From an uncultured Ruminococcus sp. (GTDB lineage Bacteria; Bacillota; Clostridia; Oscillospirales; CAG-272): 64,000 nucleotides of DNA. The position numbers were made by a program, and so were the translations under genes. This document shows, piece after piece, positions 37,354 to 46,107 of the stretch. The stretch is taken from the NCBI GenBank assembly GCA_902778145.1, contig CACYWW010000022.1, positions 42,273 to 106,272 of the forward strand. Direction: 5' to 3'. Every line of letters starts with the position of its first letter. Position 1 is the stretch's first letter. The notes under the pieces are model-generated. The model had not been told where the DNA came from, made no database searches, and was given only the letters and a program-made list of their open reading frames with translations.

Positions 37354-38100
37354 ATGAAAAAAACTACAGCGATCCTGCTTGCCGTTTTTCTGTGCCTCGG
37401 CTCCGTCATGATGCTCGCATCCTGCGGCGGCAAAGACGCCGACACAACGGCTGAAGGAACAAAAACGACCACGGCGGCGGACAGCGGAAGTGAGCCGGGC
37501 GACACTCAGTCTGACACGGCGGTCGACAGCGGCACGGAGCCGGACGACACTCAGGCCGATACCCAGGCCGATACCCAGGCCGACACTCAGCCCGACACTC
37601 AGACCGAGCCGGACGGCACGAAGGAGTCCACCTCTCTCGTAGAGGACGAGATCCAGCTTTATGAGCCGAGAGACACCGACCACACACCGGTATCCGCGGC
37701 AAACGGCACCGAGCTTGCCTGCAAGTTCACGGTCCCCGCGGACGGAAGACTCACCGGTCTGTTCTTCGAGTCCTGCCCGACCTGGACTTCGGAAGGCTCA
37801 GGCTTCACCGTAGAGCTCTACAAATGGGACAACGACTATGAGAACACCGTAGTCTCCTCTCCTCTGTTCACTCAGGAATTCACCGACTGGCAAGACAACA
37901 AGGAATGTGAGATCGACTTCACGGATGCTGTCGAAAACGGCTTCCAGGGCGGCACCTATATGTGGATATTCCGCGGCACCACCGCCAACATCGGCATCTG
38001 GGCGTATGATCCCTCCGAGGACTGTGAATACTTTGAAAACGGAGTCCCCGGAAACAACGGCTTCAGAGTCGTCGCGTACGTTCTCGTTCCCGAGGAATAA
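37354..38100 (+). CDS. Hypothetical lipoprotein with an acidic Thr/Asp-rich linker
   Basis: Start at MKKTTAILLAVFLCLGSVMMLASCGG (lipobox) after a GGAGGA RBS. The linker contains (DTQA)n. Confidence 0.7.
   Translation: MKKTTAILLAVFLCLGSVMMLASCGGKDADTTAEGTKTTTAADSGSEPGDTQSDTAVDSGTEPDDTQADTQADTQADTQPDTQTEPDGTKESTSLVEDEIQLYEPRDTDHTPVSAANGTELACKFTVPADGRLTGLFFESCPTWTSEGSGFTVELYKWDNDYENTVVSSPLFTQEFTDWQDNKECEIDFTDAVENGFQGGTYMWIFRGTTANIGIWAYDPSEDCEYFENGVPGNNGFRVVAYVLVPEE
37546..37605 (+). repeat. 5 x 12-nt tandem coding repeat (gacactcaggcc/gatacccaggcc variants) encoding DTQA units
   Basis: Units at 37546, 37558, 37570, 37582 and 37594. Confidence 0.9.
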
Positions 38101-38148
38101 GATAAAAGGAGCGGCAGAACGCCGGGTGTTCTTCACGGGACACCCGGC

Positions 38149-38290
38149 AAATGATAAATTCCGCTTACGCGGAATATGATGAGCGCTTACGCGCATGATG
38201 ATCGGCTGTGCCGAATGATGAGTGCCTTCGGCACACCGGCGGTGAAACCGCAAATCATCATTCGTCCGGAAAGCGATCATCATTCCCGGG
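38149..38290. repeat. Modular hairpin array B. The word ATGATGA (3 perfect + 1 degenerate) is separated by distinct GC hairpins, followed by TCATCAT x2.
   Basis: Words at 38176, 38195 and 38215 (38151 is degenerate). Inverted words at 38255 and 38277. Hairpins: ttccgc-ttac-gcggaa, gcgc-ttac-gcgc, tcgg-ctgtg-ccga, gtgcc-ttcg-ggcac, gcgg-tgaaa-ccgc. Confidence 0.85.
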
Positions 38291-38330
38291 GATTTGCGGT
38301 ACAGATTCCCCGCCTGCGCCGATATGCGGC

Positions 38331-38367
38331 AAAAAAACGGCTGAAGTTTACCTCAGCCGTTTTTTTA
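38331..38367. terminator. Bidirectional rho-independent terminator
   Basis: aaaaaaa cggctgaag ttta cctcagccg ttttttt. Confidence 0.7.
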
Positions 38368-38414
38368 TAAACCGTCTTTAAGAGCGCTTCCGGAACACCG
38401 CTCTTTTTTTGCGC

Positions 38415-38446
38415 AAAACCCCCGGGCACGTCAGCCCGGGGGGGTT
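38415..38446 (-). terminator. GC hairpin just downstream of the glutamine synthetase stop
   Basis: aaacccccggg cacgtcag cccggggggtt. On the minus strand it is followed by ttttgcgc. Confidence 0.5.
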
Positions 38447-38458
38447 GTATCTTATCTT

Positions 38459-40552
38459 TCAATTGACGCTGAAAAGGAGCTTTTCGTACGTCGGGAACGG
38501 CCAGAATTCCTCCGCAGTGAGCGTTTCCGCCTCATCCGCGGCGGCTCTGAGTTCCGCCATGACGGGCAGGAGCCTGTCTCTTATCGCGAAGCTGTGCTCC
38601 GGCACGTCCTCTATATTGCGGATCTCGCCCGAGACGCGCTCGAGCTCGTCAGTCTTTTCGCTCATTATATCGAGCAGCTCCGTAAGCCTTGCCGCGGTCG
38701 CCGTCTCGTATTTCGCCTTCCCCGCGCCGAACACTTTTCCCTTTTCCGTCGCTCTCGACGAGAGCTCGGCGCTGTACGCGGAGACCGCCGGCATTATCTG
38801 TCTGCGGCTCATATCCGACATTGTCGCCGCCTCGATCGCCACCGTCTTGCAGTAGTTCTCAAGCATTATCTCACAGCGCGAGCGGAGCTCGGCCATCGAG
38901 TATACGCCCGTTCTTATCAGCATATCCGCGTTCTTTTTGTCGAGCAGGCGCATCATGCAGTCCGGCGTCGTTTTCAGGTTTGAAAGTCCGCGGCGCTTCG
39001 CCTCCTCGACCCACGCGTCGTCATATCCGTTGCCGTTGAACAGGATGCGTTTGTGCTGTTTCAGAGTGTTCTTTATAAGCGAATGGAGCTCCGTGTCGAA
39101 GTCCGCGCACCTCTCCAGCCTGTCCGCGAAATCCGACAGCACGTCCGAGACGGCGGAGTTGAGCATGATATTCGCGCAGGCTATGCTGTTGCTGCTCCCT
39201 ATCATACGGAATTCGAATTTATTGCCGGTGAAGGCGAACGGCGAAGTCCTGTTCCTGTCCGTCGTATCACGGAAGAATTTCGGCAGCGACGCCACGCCGA
39301 AGAGCATCTCCTTGCGCTCCGTGCCGTTGTACGGCGCGTCGTTCTCTATCGCCTCGAGCACGGCTGTCAGCTCGTCGCCCAGAAACATTGAAACGATGGC
39401 GGGCGGCGCCTCGTTTCCGCCGAGGCGGTGATCGTTGCCGGCGGTCGCCGCGGAAAGCCTCAGAAGATCCTGATACTCGTCGACGGCGCGTATGACCGCT
39501 GCAAGGAACAGAAGGAACTGCGCGTTCTCATACGGCGTGTCGCCCGGGGTGAGCAGTCTGACGCCGTTGTCCGTCATGAGCGACCAGTTGTTGTGCTTGC
39601 CGGAGCCGTTGACGCCGGCGAACGGCTTTTCGTGAAGCAGGCAGACGAGGCCGTGGCGCGCCGCGACCTTCTGCATCATCTCCATGGTGAGCTGGTTATG
39701 ATCCGTCGCCGTATTGGTCGTTGAATATATCGGCGCGAGCTCGTGCTGAGCCGGCGCGACCTCGTTGTGTTCGGTCTTCGCGAATATGCCGAGCTTCCAC
39801 AGCTCACGGTCAAGATCCTCCATGAATTCCGCGACACGCGGCTTTATCGCGCCGAAATAATGGTCGTCAAGCTCCTGCCCCTTCGGCGGTCTGGCTCCGA
39901 AGAGGGTCCTGCCGGTGAAGACGAGGTCCTTTCTCTTCTCGCACATCGCCTTGTCTATCAGGAAATACTCCTGCTCGGGACCGACGCATGTATGTACGTA
40001 CTTCGCGTCCGTGTTTCCGAAAAGTCTGACTATCCTCAGCGCCTCGCGGCTGAGAGCCTCCATCGAGCGCAGAAGCGGCGTTTTTTTATCGAGCGCCTCT
40101 CCGCCGTACGAGCAGAACGCGGTGGGGATGCAGAGCGTTTTGCCCTTGATGAACGCGTATGACGTGGGATCCCACGCGGTATAGCCGCGCGCCTCGAACG
40201 TCGCGCGCAGACCGCCCGACGGGAATGACGACGCGTCAGGCTCGCCCTTTATGAGTTCCTTTCCGGAAAAGTCGAGTATCGGCTCGCCGTCCGGTCCCGA
40301 TGAGATGAAGCTGTCGTGTTTCTCGGCGGTGATTCCGGTGAGCGGCTGGAACCAGTGCGTGAAATGCGTGGCTCCGTGCTCCGTCGCCCACATCTTCATC
40401 GCCTCGGCGACGGCGGAAGCTACGTTCCCGTCAAGCTGGGCGCCCTCGTCTATCGTTTTCTTCAGAGACGCGTACACCTCCGGAGAAAGCATTTTTTTCA
40501 TCACGCGGTCATCAAACACAAGGCTGCCGAAAAGATCCGTCATGCTTTCCAT
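38459..40552 (-). CDS. glnN: Glutamine synthetase, type III
   Basis: 697 aa. The length and N-terminal [30 protein letters not shown] are typical of GSIII. Catalytic-domain motifs are present ([17 protein letters not shown]). Confidence 0.92.
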   Translation of the reverse strand: MESMTDLFGSLVFDDRVMKKMLSPEVYASLKKTIDEGAQLDGNVASAVAEAMKMWATEHGATHFTHWFQPLTGITAEKHDSFISSGPDGEPILDFSGKELIKGEPDASSFPSGGLRATFEARGYTAWDPTSYAFIKGKTLCIPTAFCSYGGEALDKKTPLLRSMEALSREALRIVRLFGNTDAKYVHTCVGPEQEYFLIDKAMCEKRKDLVFTGRTLFGARPPKGQELDDHYFGAIKPRVAEFMEDLDRELWKLGIFAKTEHNEVAPAQHELAPIYSTTNTATDHNQLTMEMMQKVAARHGLVCLLHEKPFAGVNGSGKHNNWSLMTDNGVRLLTPGDTPYENAQFLLFLAAVIRAVDEYQDLLRLSAATAGNDHRLGGNEAPPAIVSMFLGDELTAVLEAIENDAPYNGTERKEMLFGVASLPKFFRDTTDRNRTSPFAFTGNKFEFRMIGSSNSIACANIMLNSAVSDVLSDFADRLERCADFDTELHSLIKNTLKQHKRILFNGNGYDDAWVEEAKRRGLSNLKTTPDCMMRLLDKKNADMLIRTGVYSMAELRSRCEIMLENYCKTVAIEAATMSDMSRRQIMPAVSAYSAELSSRATEKGKVFGAGKAKYETATAARLTELLDIMSEKTDELERVSGEIRNIEDVPEHSFAIRDRLLPVMAELRAAADEAETLTAEEFWPFPTYEKLLFSVN

Positions 40553-40599
40553 AATAACACCTCATAATATCCGTTCGGAACGTGGATCAAATATATATT

Positions 40600-40628
40600 A
40601 TTATAACGCCGCGTTTCTTTTTTGTCAA
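40600..40628 (-). promoter_or_regulatory. Consensus sigma-A promoter for glutamine synthetase (TTGACA-17 nt-TATAAT)
   Basis: The minus strand reads ttgaca aaaaagaaacgcggcgt tataat, about 45 nt upstream of the ATG. Confidence 0.65.
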
Positions 40629-40786
40629 GCGTATTGTTTATGTAAATGCTCACAAAACTTCGTCCGCCGCGGTGCCGATTTTTTACGCCTTTTGAAAAAA
40701 TACACAGTTATACTCTTGAAATGGCAAAAAAAATGGTATATGGTAAAATAACGGTATTATTTTATCGGAAACGGAGATGAATTGTT

Positions 40787-42061
40787 TTGTCAAACTGTGC
40801 AATAGTGGGTATCAACTGGGGAGATGAGGGAAAAGGCAGGATGGTCGACCTCATCACCGACAAATACGACGCGGTCGTCCGTTATCAGGGCGGCGGCAAT
40901 GCGGGACACACCGTGATAAACGAATACGGCAAGTTCGCGCTCCATCTGCTCCCCTCCGGCATTTTCCGCCAGGGCGTCGTGAACGTGCTCGGCTGCGGCG
41001 TCGCGCTCGATCCGGAAAATCTTCTCAGGGAGATCGAAACGGTCCGCGAGAAAGGCGTCGGGATAGACGAGAGCAATCTGAAGATCAGCGACCGCGCCTC
41101 GCTTCTGATGCCGTGGCACAGAGATCTCGACGGACTGGAGGAGGCAAGGCTCGCGGACAAAAAATACGGTTCCACGCGCCAGGGCATAGCCCCGTTCTAC
41201 TCCGACAAATATCAGAAAAAAACGGTGCTCGCGGGAGAGCTTTTCTACCCCGAAAGACTGCGTGAGCATCTCGCCGAGCTGCTTGAGTGGAAAAATCTCA
41301 CACTTACCCGCGTTTACGGCGCGGAGCCGTATACGAAGGAAATGCTCGAAGGCTGGCTTCGCGACTATGCCGAAAAGATAAAACCGTTCATCACCGACAC
41401 GGGCAAGCTCCTGCGTGAGGCCGCGAAAAACGGCAAAAACATACTCTTCGAGGCGCAGCTCGGTTCCCTGCGGGACATCGATCTCGGCATAGCCCCATAC
41501 ACCACGTCGTCGAACACCACGGCGTCATACGCGCCGAACGGCGCCGGATGTCCCGGGCTCCGTATAGACGAGGTCATCGGAGTCGTCAAGGCTTATTCCA
41601 CCTGCGTCGGCGAGGGCCCGTTCGTCTGCGAATGGTTCGGCGAGGAGGCATCGCGCCTGCGTGAGGCGGGCGGCGAGTACGGTGCGAAGACCGGCAGGCC
41701 TCGCCGCGTCGGTCCGCTCGATATCGTCGCCACACGGTACGGCGTACAGGTACAGGCGGCGACGTGCATAGCGCTGACGAAGCTCGACGTGCTGTCTTAC
41801 ATGGACAAGATCCCCGTCTGCACTCATTATCTGCTCAACGGAGAGCTGACGGACGAATTCCCGTTCCCGGCGGCACTTCCCGACGCGGAGCCGGTCACGG
41901 AATACATGCCCGGCTGGGACTGCGATATATCCGGCTGCAGAAGCTGGGACGAGCTGCCCGAGGCGGCGAGGAATTACGTCACATTCATCGAAGAAAACAT
42001 CGGCTGTCACATAGGCTACGTTTCCGTAGGGCCCGAGCGCGACAGCATAATCATAAGATAA
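40787..42061 (+). CDS. purA: Adenylosuccinate synthetase
   Basis: 424 aa. TTG start. VGINWGDEGKGR P-loop and GGGNAGHT. Confidence 0.96.
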   Translation: MSNCAIVGINWGDEGKGRMVDLITDKYDAVVRYQGGGNAGHTVINEYGKFALHLLPSGIFRQGVVNVLGCGVALDPENLLREIETVREKGVGIDESNLKISDRASLLMPWHRDLDGLEEARLADKKYGSTRQGIAPFYSDKYQKKTVLAGELFYPERLREHLAELLEWKNLTLTRVYGAEPYTKEMLEGWLRDYAEKIKPFITDTGKLLREAAKNGKNILFEAQLGSLRDIDLGIAPYTTSSNTTASYAPNGAGCPGLRIDEVIGVVKAYSTCVGEGPFVCEWFGEEASRLREAGGEYGAKTGRPRRVGPLDIVATRYGVQVQAATCIALTKLDVLSYMDKIPVCTHYLLNGELTDEFPFPAALPDAEPVTEYMPGWDCDISGCRSWDELPEAARNYVTFIEENIGCHIGYVSVGPERDSIIIR

Positions 42062-42072
42062 CGGAGGGCAAC

Positions 42073-43491
42073 ATGAGCAAGGAAGTCTACGAATCACCGC
42101 TTTCGTCGCGTTACGCCTCGCCTTACATGCTCCGCCTTTTCTCGTCGGATACGCGTTATCAGACGTGGAGACGGCTCTGGGTCGAGCTTGCCCGCGCCGA
42201 GCACGAGCTCGGTCTGCCGGTGAGCGCGGAACAGGTCGCCGAGCTTGAGGCGCATATCACCGACATAGACTACGATTTCGTCGCCGAGGACGAGAAAAAG
42301 GTCCGCCACGACGTCATGGCGCACGTCCACGCGTTCGGCAAAGCCGCGCCGTCCGCCGCGGGCATCATACATCTCGGAGCGACGAGCTGCTACGTCACCG
42401 ACAACGCGGACATGATAATATACCGCGACGCGCTTTCATACATCCGCCGGGAGCTGCTCTGCGTGATAAAGAACCTCGCGGATTTCGCGATGAAGTACAA
42501 GGATCTGCCGACGCTCGGCTACACTCATTATCAGCCCGCGCAGCTCGTGACCGTAGGAAAACGCGCGTCGCTGTGGCTTCAGGATCTTGTGATGGATCTT
42601 GAGGAGCTCGATTTCACCGCCGGAAGGCTGAAGCTCCTCGGCTGCCGCGGAACGACCGGCACGGAGGCGAGCTTCATGGATCTGTTCGCTGGAGACGGAG
42701 AAAAGATCGACCGAATGAACCGCATGATCTGCGAACGCTTCGGCTTCGATTCCTGCTTTGACGTCTCGGGTCAGACTTATACGAGAAAGACCGACTCCGC
42801 GATACTCAACGCCCTCTCTGCGATAGCGCAGAGCGCGTACAAATTCGGCAGCGACATGAGGCTGCTCCAGCACGACAGACAGGTCGAGGAGCCGTTCGAA
42901 AGCACTCAGATCGGATCGTCCGCGATGGCTTACAAGCGCAACCCGATGAGATGCGAGCGCATCTGCTCCCTCTCCCGCTATCTGATGGCGGATACCGGCA
43001 ACGCGTACATGACCGCGTCGACCCAGTGGCTCGAGCGCACGCTCGACGACTCGGCGAACCGCCGGATCTCTCTGCCCGAGGGCTTCCTCTGCGCCGACGC
43101 GATACTGCGTCTGATGATGAACGTCACCTCCGGAATGGTCGTCAACGAAAAGATAATAGAACGCACCGTACGCGAATACCTGCCGTTCATAGCGACGGAA
43201 AACCTCATGATGGAGGCGGTGAAGCGCGGCGGCGACAGACAGAAGCTGCACGAGATAATACGTCAGGCGTCCATGGAGGCGACGGCGAAGATGAAGAACG
43301 GCGAGGGCTGCGACCTCATATCCGCGCTTTCAAAGCGTCCCGAATTCGGCATGACGGAGGAGGAGATGAACGCCGTGCTCGACCCGTCGCTCTACACCGG
43401 CCGCTCGGGCGAACAGGTAAGGCGTTACGTTGAAAAGCTCGCTCCCGTGCTTGATCAGGCGATGCCGATGGATTCGGAGATATCAATATAA
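42073..43491 (+). CDS. purB: Adenylosuccinate lyase
   Basis: The track ORF starts at 41764, inside purA. The start [16 protein letters not shown] at 42073 follows [16 protein letters not shown] signature. Confidence 0.95.
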   Translation: MSKEVYESPLSSRYASPYMLRLFSSDTRYQTWRRLWVELARAEHELGLPVSAEQVAELEAHITDIDYDFVAEDEKKVRHDVMAHVHAFGKAAPSAAGIIHLGATSCYVTDNADMIIYRDALSYIRRELLCVIKNLADFAMKYKDLPTLGYTHYQPAQLVTVGKRASLWLQDLVMDLEELDFTAGRLKLLGCRGTTGTEASFMDLFAGDGEKIDRMNRMICERFGFDSCFDVSGQTYTRKTDSAILNALSAIAQSAYKFGSDMRLLQHDRQVEEPFESTQIGSSAMAYKRNPMRCERICSLSRYLMADTGNAYMTASTQWLERTLDDSANRRISLPEGFLCADAILRLMMNVTSGMVVNEKIIERTVREYLPFIATENLMMEAVKRGGDRQKLHEIIRQASMEATAKMKNGEGCDLISALSKRPEFGMTEEEMNAVLDPSLYTGRSGEQVRRYVEKLAPVLDQAMPMDSEISI

Positions 43492-45017
43492 TGGAAAAGA
43501 TCCTCGTTCTCGATTTCGGAGGTCAGTACGATCTTCTCATAGCGCGCCGCGTGCGCGAGCTCGGCGTATACGCCGAGATACAGCCCTACAACAAAATCAC
43601 GCTTGAACAGATCAAAGAGAACGGATACAAAGGCGTCATATTCACGGGCGGTCCCAACAGCGTATACGATGAAAGCTCGCCGCATTACGACCCCGCGATA
43701 CTCGACGCCGGCATACCCGTGCTCGGCATCTGCTACGGTCATCAGCTGATCGCTTATATGGCGGGCGGCGTGATAGAATCGGCAGGGAGCATAAGCGAAT
43801 ACGGAAAAACGGACGTTTACGCGGAAGGCTCCGCGCTTTTTGAAGGGATCCCCGGAAAAAGCGTCTGCTGGATGAGCCACACGGACTACGTGAGCCGCGC
43901 ACCGGCGGGATTTGAGATAACCGCCCGCACGGACAGCTGCCCCTGCGCTGCGATGGCGGATGAGAGCCGCAGGATATACGGCGTGCAGTTCCATCCCGAG
44001 GTGACCCACACCGAATACGGAAAAACCGTGCTCTCCAACTTCGTTTTCCGCGTCTGCTCCTGCAGGGGCGACTGGCGGATGGACGATTTCATAGAAAGAT
44101 CGGTCGAAAAATACAGAAAAAAGCTCTCCGGCAAGCGCGTGCTGTGCGCTCTTTCGGGCGGGGTGGATTCATCCGTCGCCGCGGTACTGATGCACCGTGC
44201 GATAGGCGATGATCTGACGTGCGTTTTCGTCGACCACGGTCTTCTCCGCAAAAACGAGGGGGACGACGTGGAGCGCGTTTTCCGCGGCGGGTTCAACATG
44301 AAGCTCGTGCGCGTTGACGCGGAGGAGCGGTTCTTATCACACCTCAGGGGCGTGACAGAGCCCGAGAAAAAGAGAAAGATAATAGGTGAGCAGTTCATAC
44401 GCGTTTTTGAGGAACAGAGCCGTGTGCTCGGCAAGATGGACGTGCTCGTACAGGGCACGATATACCCGGACGTCGTAGAAAGCGGCAAGGGCGACGCGTC
44501 GACGATAAAGAGCCACCACAACGTCGGAGGCCTTCCGTCCGTCATGGATTTCGAAGAGATAGTCGAGCCTTTGCGCGAGCTTTTCAAGGACGAGGTGAGA
44601 GCCGTCGGTCTGAAGCTCGGCATACCCGAGGCGCTCGTAATGCGCCAGCCGTTCCCCGGTCCCGGGCTCGCCGTGCGTATAATCGGAGAGATAACAAAAG
44701 AAAAAGCCGACACCCTGCGCGAGGCGGATGCGATATTCAGAGAAGAGCTTGAGAAAGCCTCTGTCCGACCGAGCCAGTATTTCGCCGTGCTCACGGACAC
44801 GCAGAGCGTGGGCGTCATGGGAGACGCGCGTACGTACGGTCACACCGTTGCGCTGCGCGCCGTCACGACCGACGATTTCATGACCGCCGACTGGACGCGC
44901 ATACCGTATGAGGTAATTGACTCCGCGTCCCGCAGGATAACGAACGAGGTCAGAACGATAAACCGCGTCGTATACGACGTAACGTCCAAGCCTCCCGCCA
45001 CGGTGGAGTGGGAGTGA
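43491..45017 (+). CDS. guaA: GMP synthase (glutamine-hydrolysing)
   Basis: 508 aa. GATase domain (GICYGHQ), ATP-PPase SGGVDSS, and the canonical C-terminus [14 protein letters not shown] overlap with purB. Confidence 0.97.
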   Translation: MEKILVLDFGGQYDLLIARRVRELGVYAEIQPYNKITLEQIKENGYKGVIFTGGPNSVYDESSPHYDPAILDAGIPVLGICYGHQLIAYMAGGVIESAGSISEYGKTDVYAEGSALFEGIPGKSVCWMSHTDYVSRAPAGFEITARTDSCPCAAMADESRRIYGVQFHPEVTHTEYGKTVLSNFVFRVCSCRGDWRMDDFIERSVEKYRKKLSGKRVLCALSGGVDSSVAAVLMHRAIGDDLTCVFVDHGLLRKNEGDDVERVFRGGFNMKLVRVDAEERFLSHLRGVTEPEKKRKIIGEQFIRVFEEQSRVLGKMDVLVQGTIYPDVVESGKGDASTIKSHHNVGGLPSVMDFEEIVEPLRELFKDEVRAVGLKLGIPEALVMRQPFPGPGLAVRIIGEITKEKADTLREADAIFREELEKASVRPSQYFAVLTDTQSVGVMGDARTYGHTVALRAVTTDDFMTADWTRIPYEVIDSASRRITNEVRTINRVVYDVTSKPPATVEWE

Positions 45018-45199
45018 GCCGCGAAGCGGCAATTATGATCGCCTGACGGCGAATTATGAATTATGATGCGCTTCGCGCAATTATGAGTTGCCTTCGGCAA
45101 CATAAGGTGTTCGGTTCGGGCGATCATATCATAATGTTCGGCGTTAGCCGAACTCATAATTTTCGCCGTAGGCGAAATCATCATTGATCATTTATCATT
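45018..45199. repeat. Modular hairpin array C, copy 1. The word AATTATGA x4 alternates with hairpins, followed by TCATAAT(T) words and their hairpins.
   Basis: Words at 45031, 45052, 45059 and 45079. Inverted words at 45129 and 45154, plus degenerate tcatcatt/tcattt. Hairpins: gccgc-gaa-gcggc, cgcc-tgac-ggcg, tgcgc-ttc-gcgca, gttgcc-ttc-ggcaac, gttcggc-gtta-gccgaac, ttcgcc-gta-ggcgaa. Confidence 0.9.
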
Positions 45200-45326
45200 A
45201 TATTTAATGCTAAAAATCGTATCAACCTGTATAAGTCAAAGAAAAACACGCTGTTTCACCCCGAAAAGAGGGGCTAAAACAGCGGCAAACAACACATATA
45301 AATTTGAATTAAGCGAATGGGAATGA

Positions 45327-45495
45327 GCCGCGAAGCGGCAATTATGATCGCCTGACGGCGAATTATGAATTATGATGCGCTTCGCGCAATTATGAGTTGC
45401 CTTCGGCAACATAAGGTGTTCGTATCATAATGTTCGGCGTTAGCCGAACTTATAATTTTTGCCGTAGGCAAAATCATAATTGATCATTTATCATT
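45327..45495. repeat. Array C, copy 2 (near-identical to 45018-45199 apart from a 13-nt deletion and a few substitutions)
   Basis: The first 96 nt are identical by eye to 45018-45113. It is preceded by gaatgggaatga, which mimics the guaA end gagtgggagtga. Confidence 0.9.
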
Positions 45496-45521
45496 TTAAT
45501 TTACATAAAGGATGATAATTT

Positions 45522-45896
45522 ATGCCAGAAAACAAACTATTGACCGATTCAAAAGAATTCGCAAAAAAAGTTGTACTGTTATGCAGAGAACTCAAAACGA
45601 GAAATATTGAATCTTCCATCAGAGATCAGCTTTTGAGGTCGGGTACGTCAGTCGGAGCTAACATTCATGAAGCGCAATACGCACAGGGGACAAAGGATTT
45701 TATTTCAAAATTCGAAATTGCACTTAAAGAAAGTAATGAAAGCGAGTACTGGCTCGAATTGCTTTATGAAACAAACGGAATAACTTCTGAAGAATTCAAG
45801 ACCTTAAAAAAACAATGTGCTGATTTGCGAAGAATGCTTGTAGCATCTGTTACTACTTTGAAAAGCAAGCAGAAACCCGACACAGGATCGAATTGA
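45522..45896 (+). CDS. Four-helix-bundle protein (23S rRNA intervening-sequence protein / Avd-like family)
   Basis: 124 aa. QLLRSGTSVGANIHEAQYAQGTKDFISKFEIALKESNESEYWLELL is the family signature. AT-rich gene in a GC-rich genome. Confidence 0.8.
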   Translation: MPENKLLTDSKEFAKKVVLLCRELKTRNIESSIRDQLLRSGTSVGANIHEAQYAQGTKDFISKFEIALKESNESEYWLELLYETNGITSEEFKTLKKQCADLRRMLVASVTTLKSKQKPDTGSN

Positions 45897-46004
45897 GGAA
45901 TAGTTATGATCAACACCTACGATCTGTATGATTTGTACGAGGCAAAAATAGAGGCAAACAGCCCATATAAACTTGAATTAAGCGAGTGGGAATGATTTTA
46001 TCAG

Positions 46005-46059
46005 TTATGATCGCCTGACGGCGAATTATGAATTATGATGCGCTTCGCGCAATTATGAG
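46005..46059. repeat. Array C, partial copy 3 (left half only)
   Basis: ttatgatcgcctgacggcgaattatgaattatgatgcgcttcgcgcaattatgag, preceded at 45984-45995 by gagtgggaatga. Confidence 0.85.
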
Positions 46060-46107
46060 CCGCTTTGCGGCATTTACCGCATATTATAAAACATACAGAG
46101 GAACAAT

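Noticed and set aside
40553-40786. Glutamine riboswitch or GlnR/TnrA operator upstream of the glutamine synthetase gene; a purine riboswitch upstream of purA
   Set aside because: The leader after the consensus promoter is only about 45 nt. The closest TGTNA-N7-TNACA-like sequence (tgtaaatgctcaca) has the wrong spacing. No purine-riboswitch three-way junction motif is visible before purA.
41764-42072. 103-codon N-terminal extension of purB overlapping purA
   Set aside because: It is out of frame with the 3' end of purA and overlaps it. The ATG at 42073, preceded by GGAGGG, gives the canonical PurB start.
45207-45326. 40-codon ORF ending in the pseudo guaA terminus (...TYKFELSEWE-stop)
   Set aside because: It is open only by virtue of the duplicated guaA-like end, has no RBS and crosses a terminator-like hairpin. 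It is treated as part of the att-like repeat rather than as a gene.
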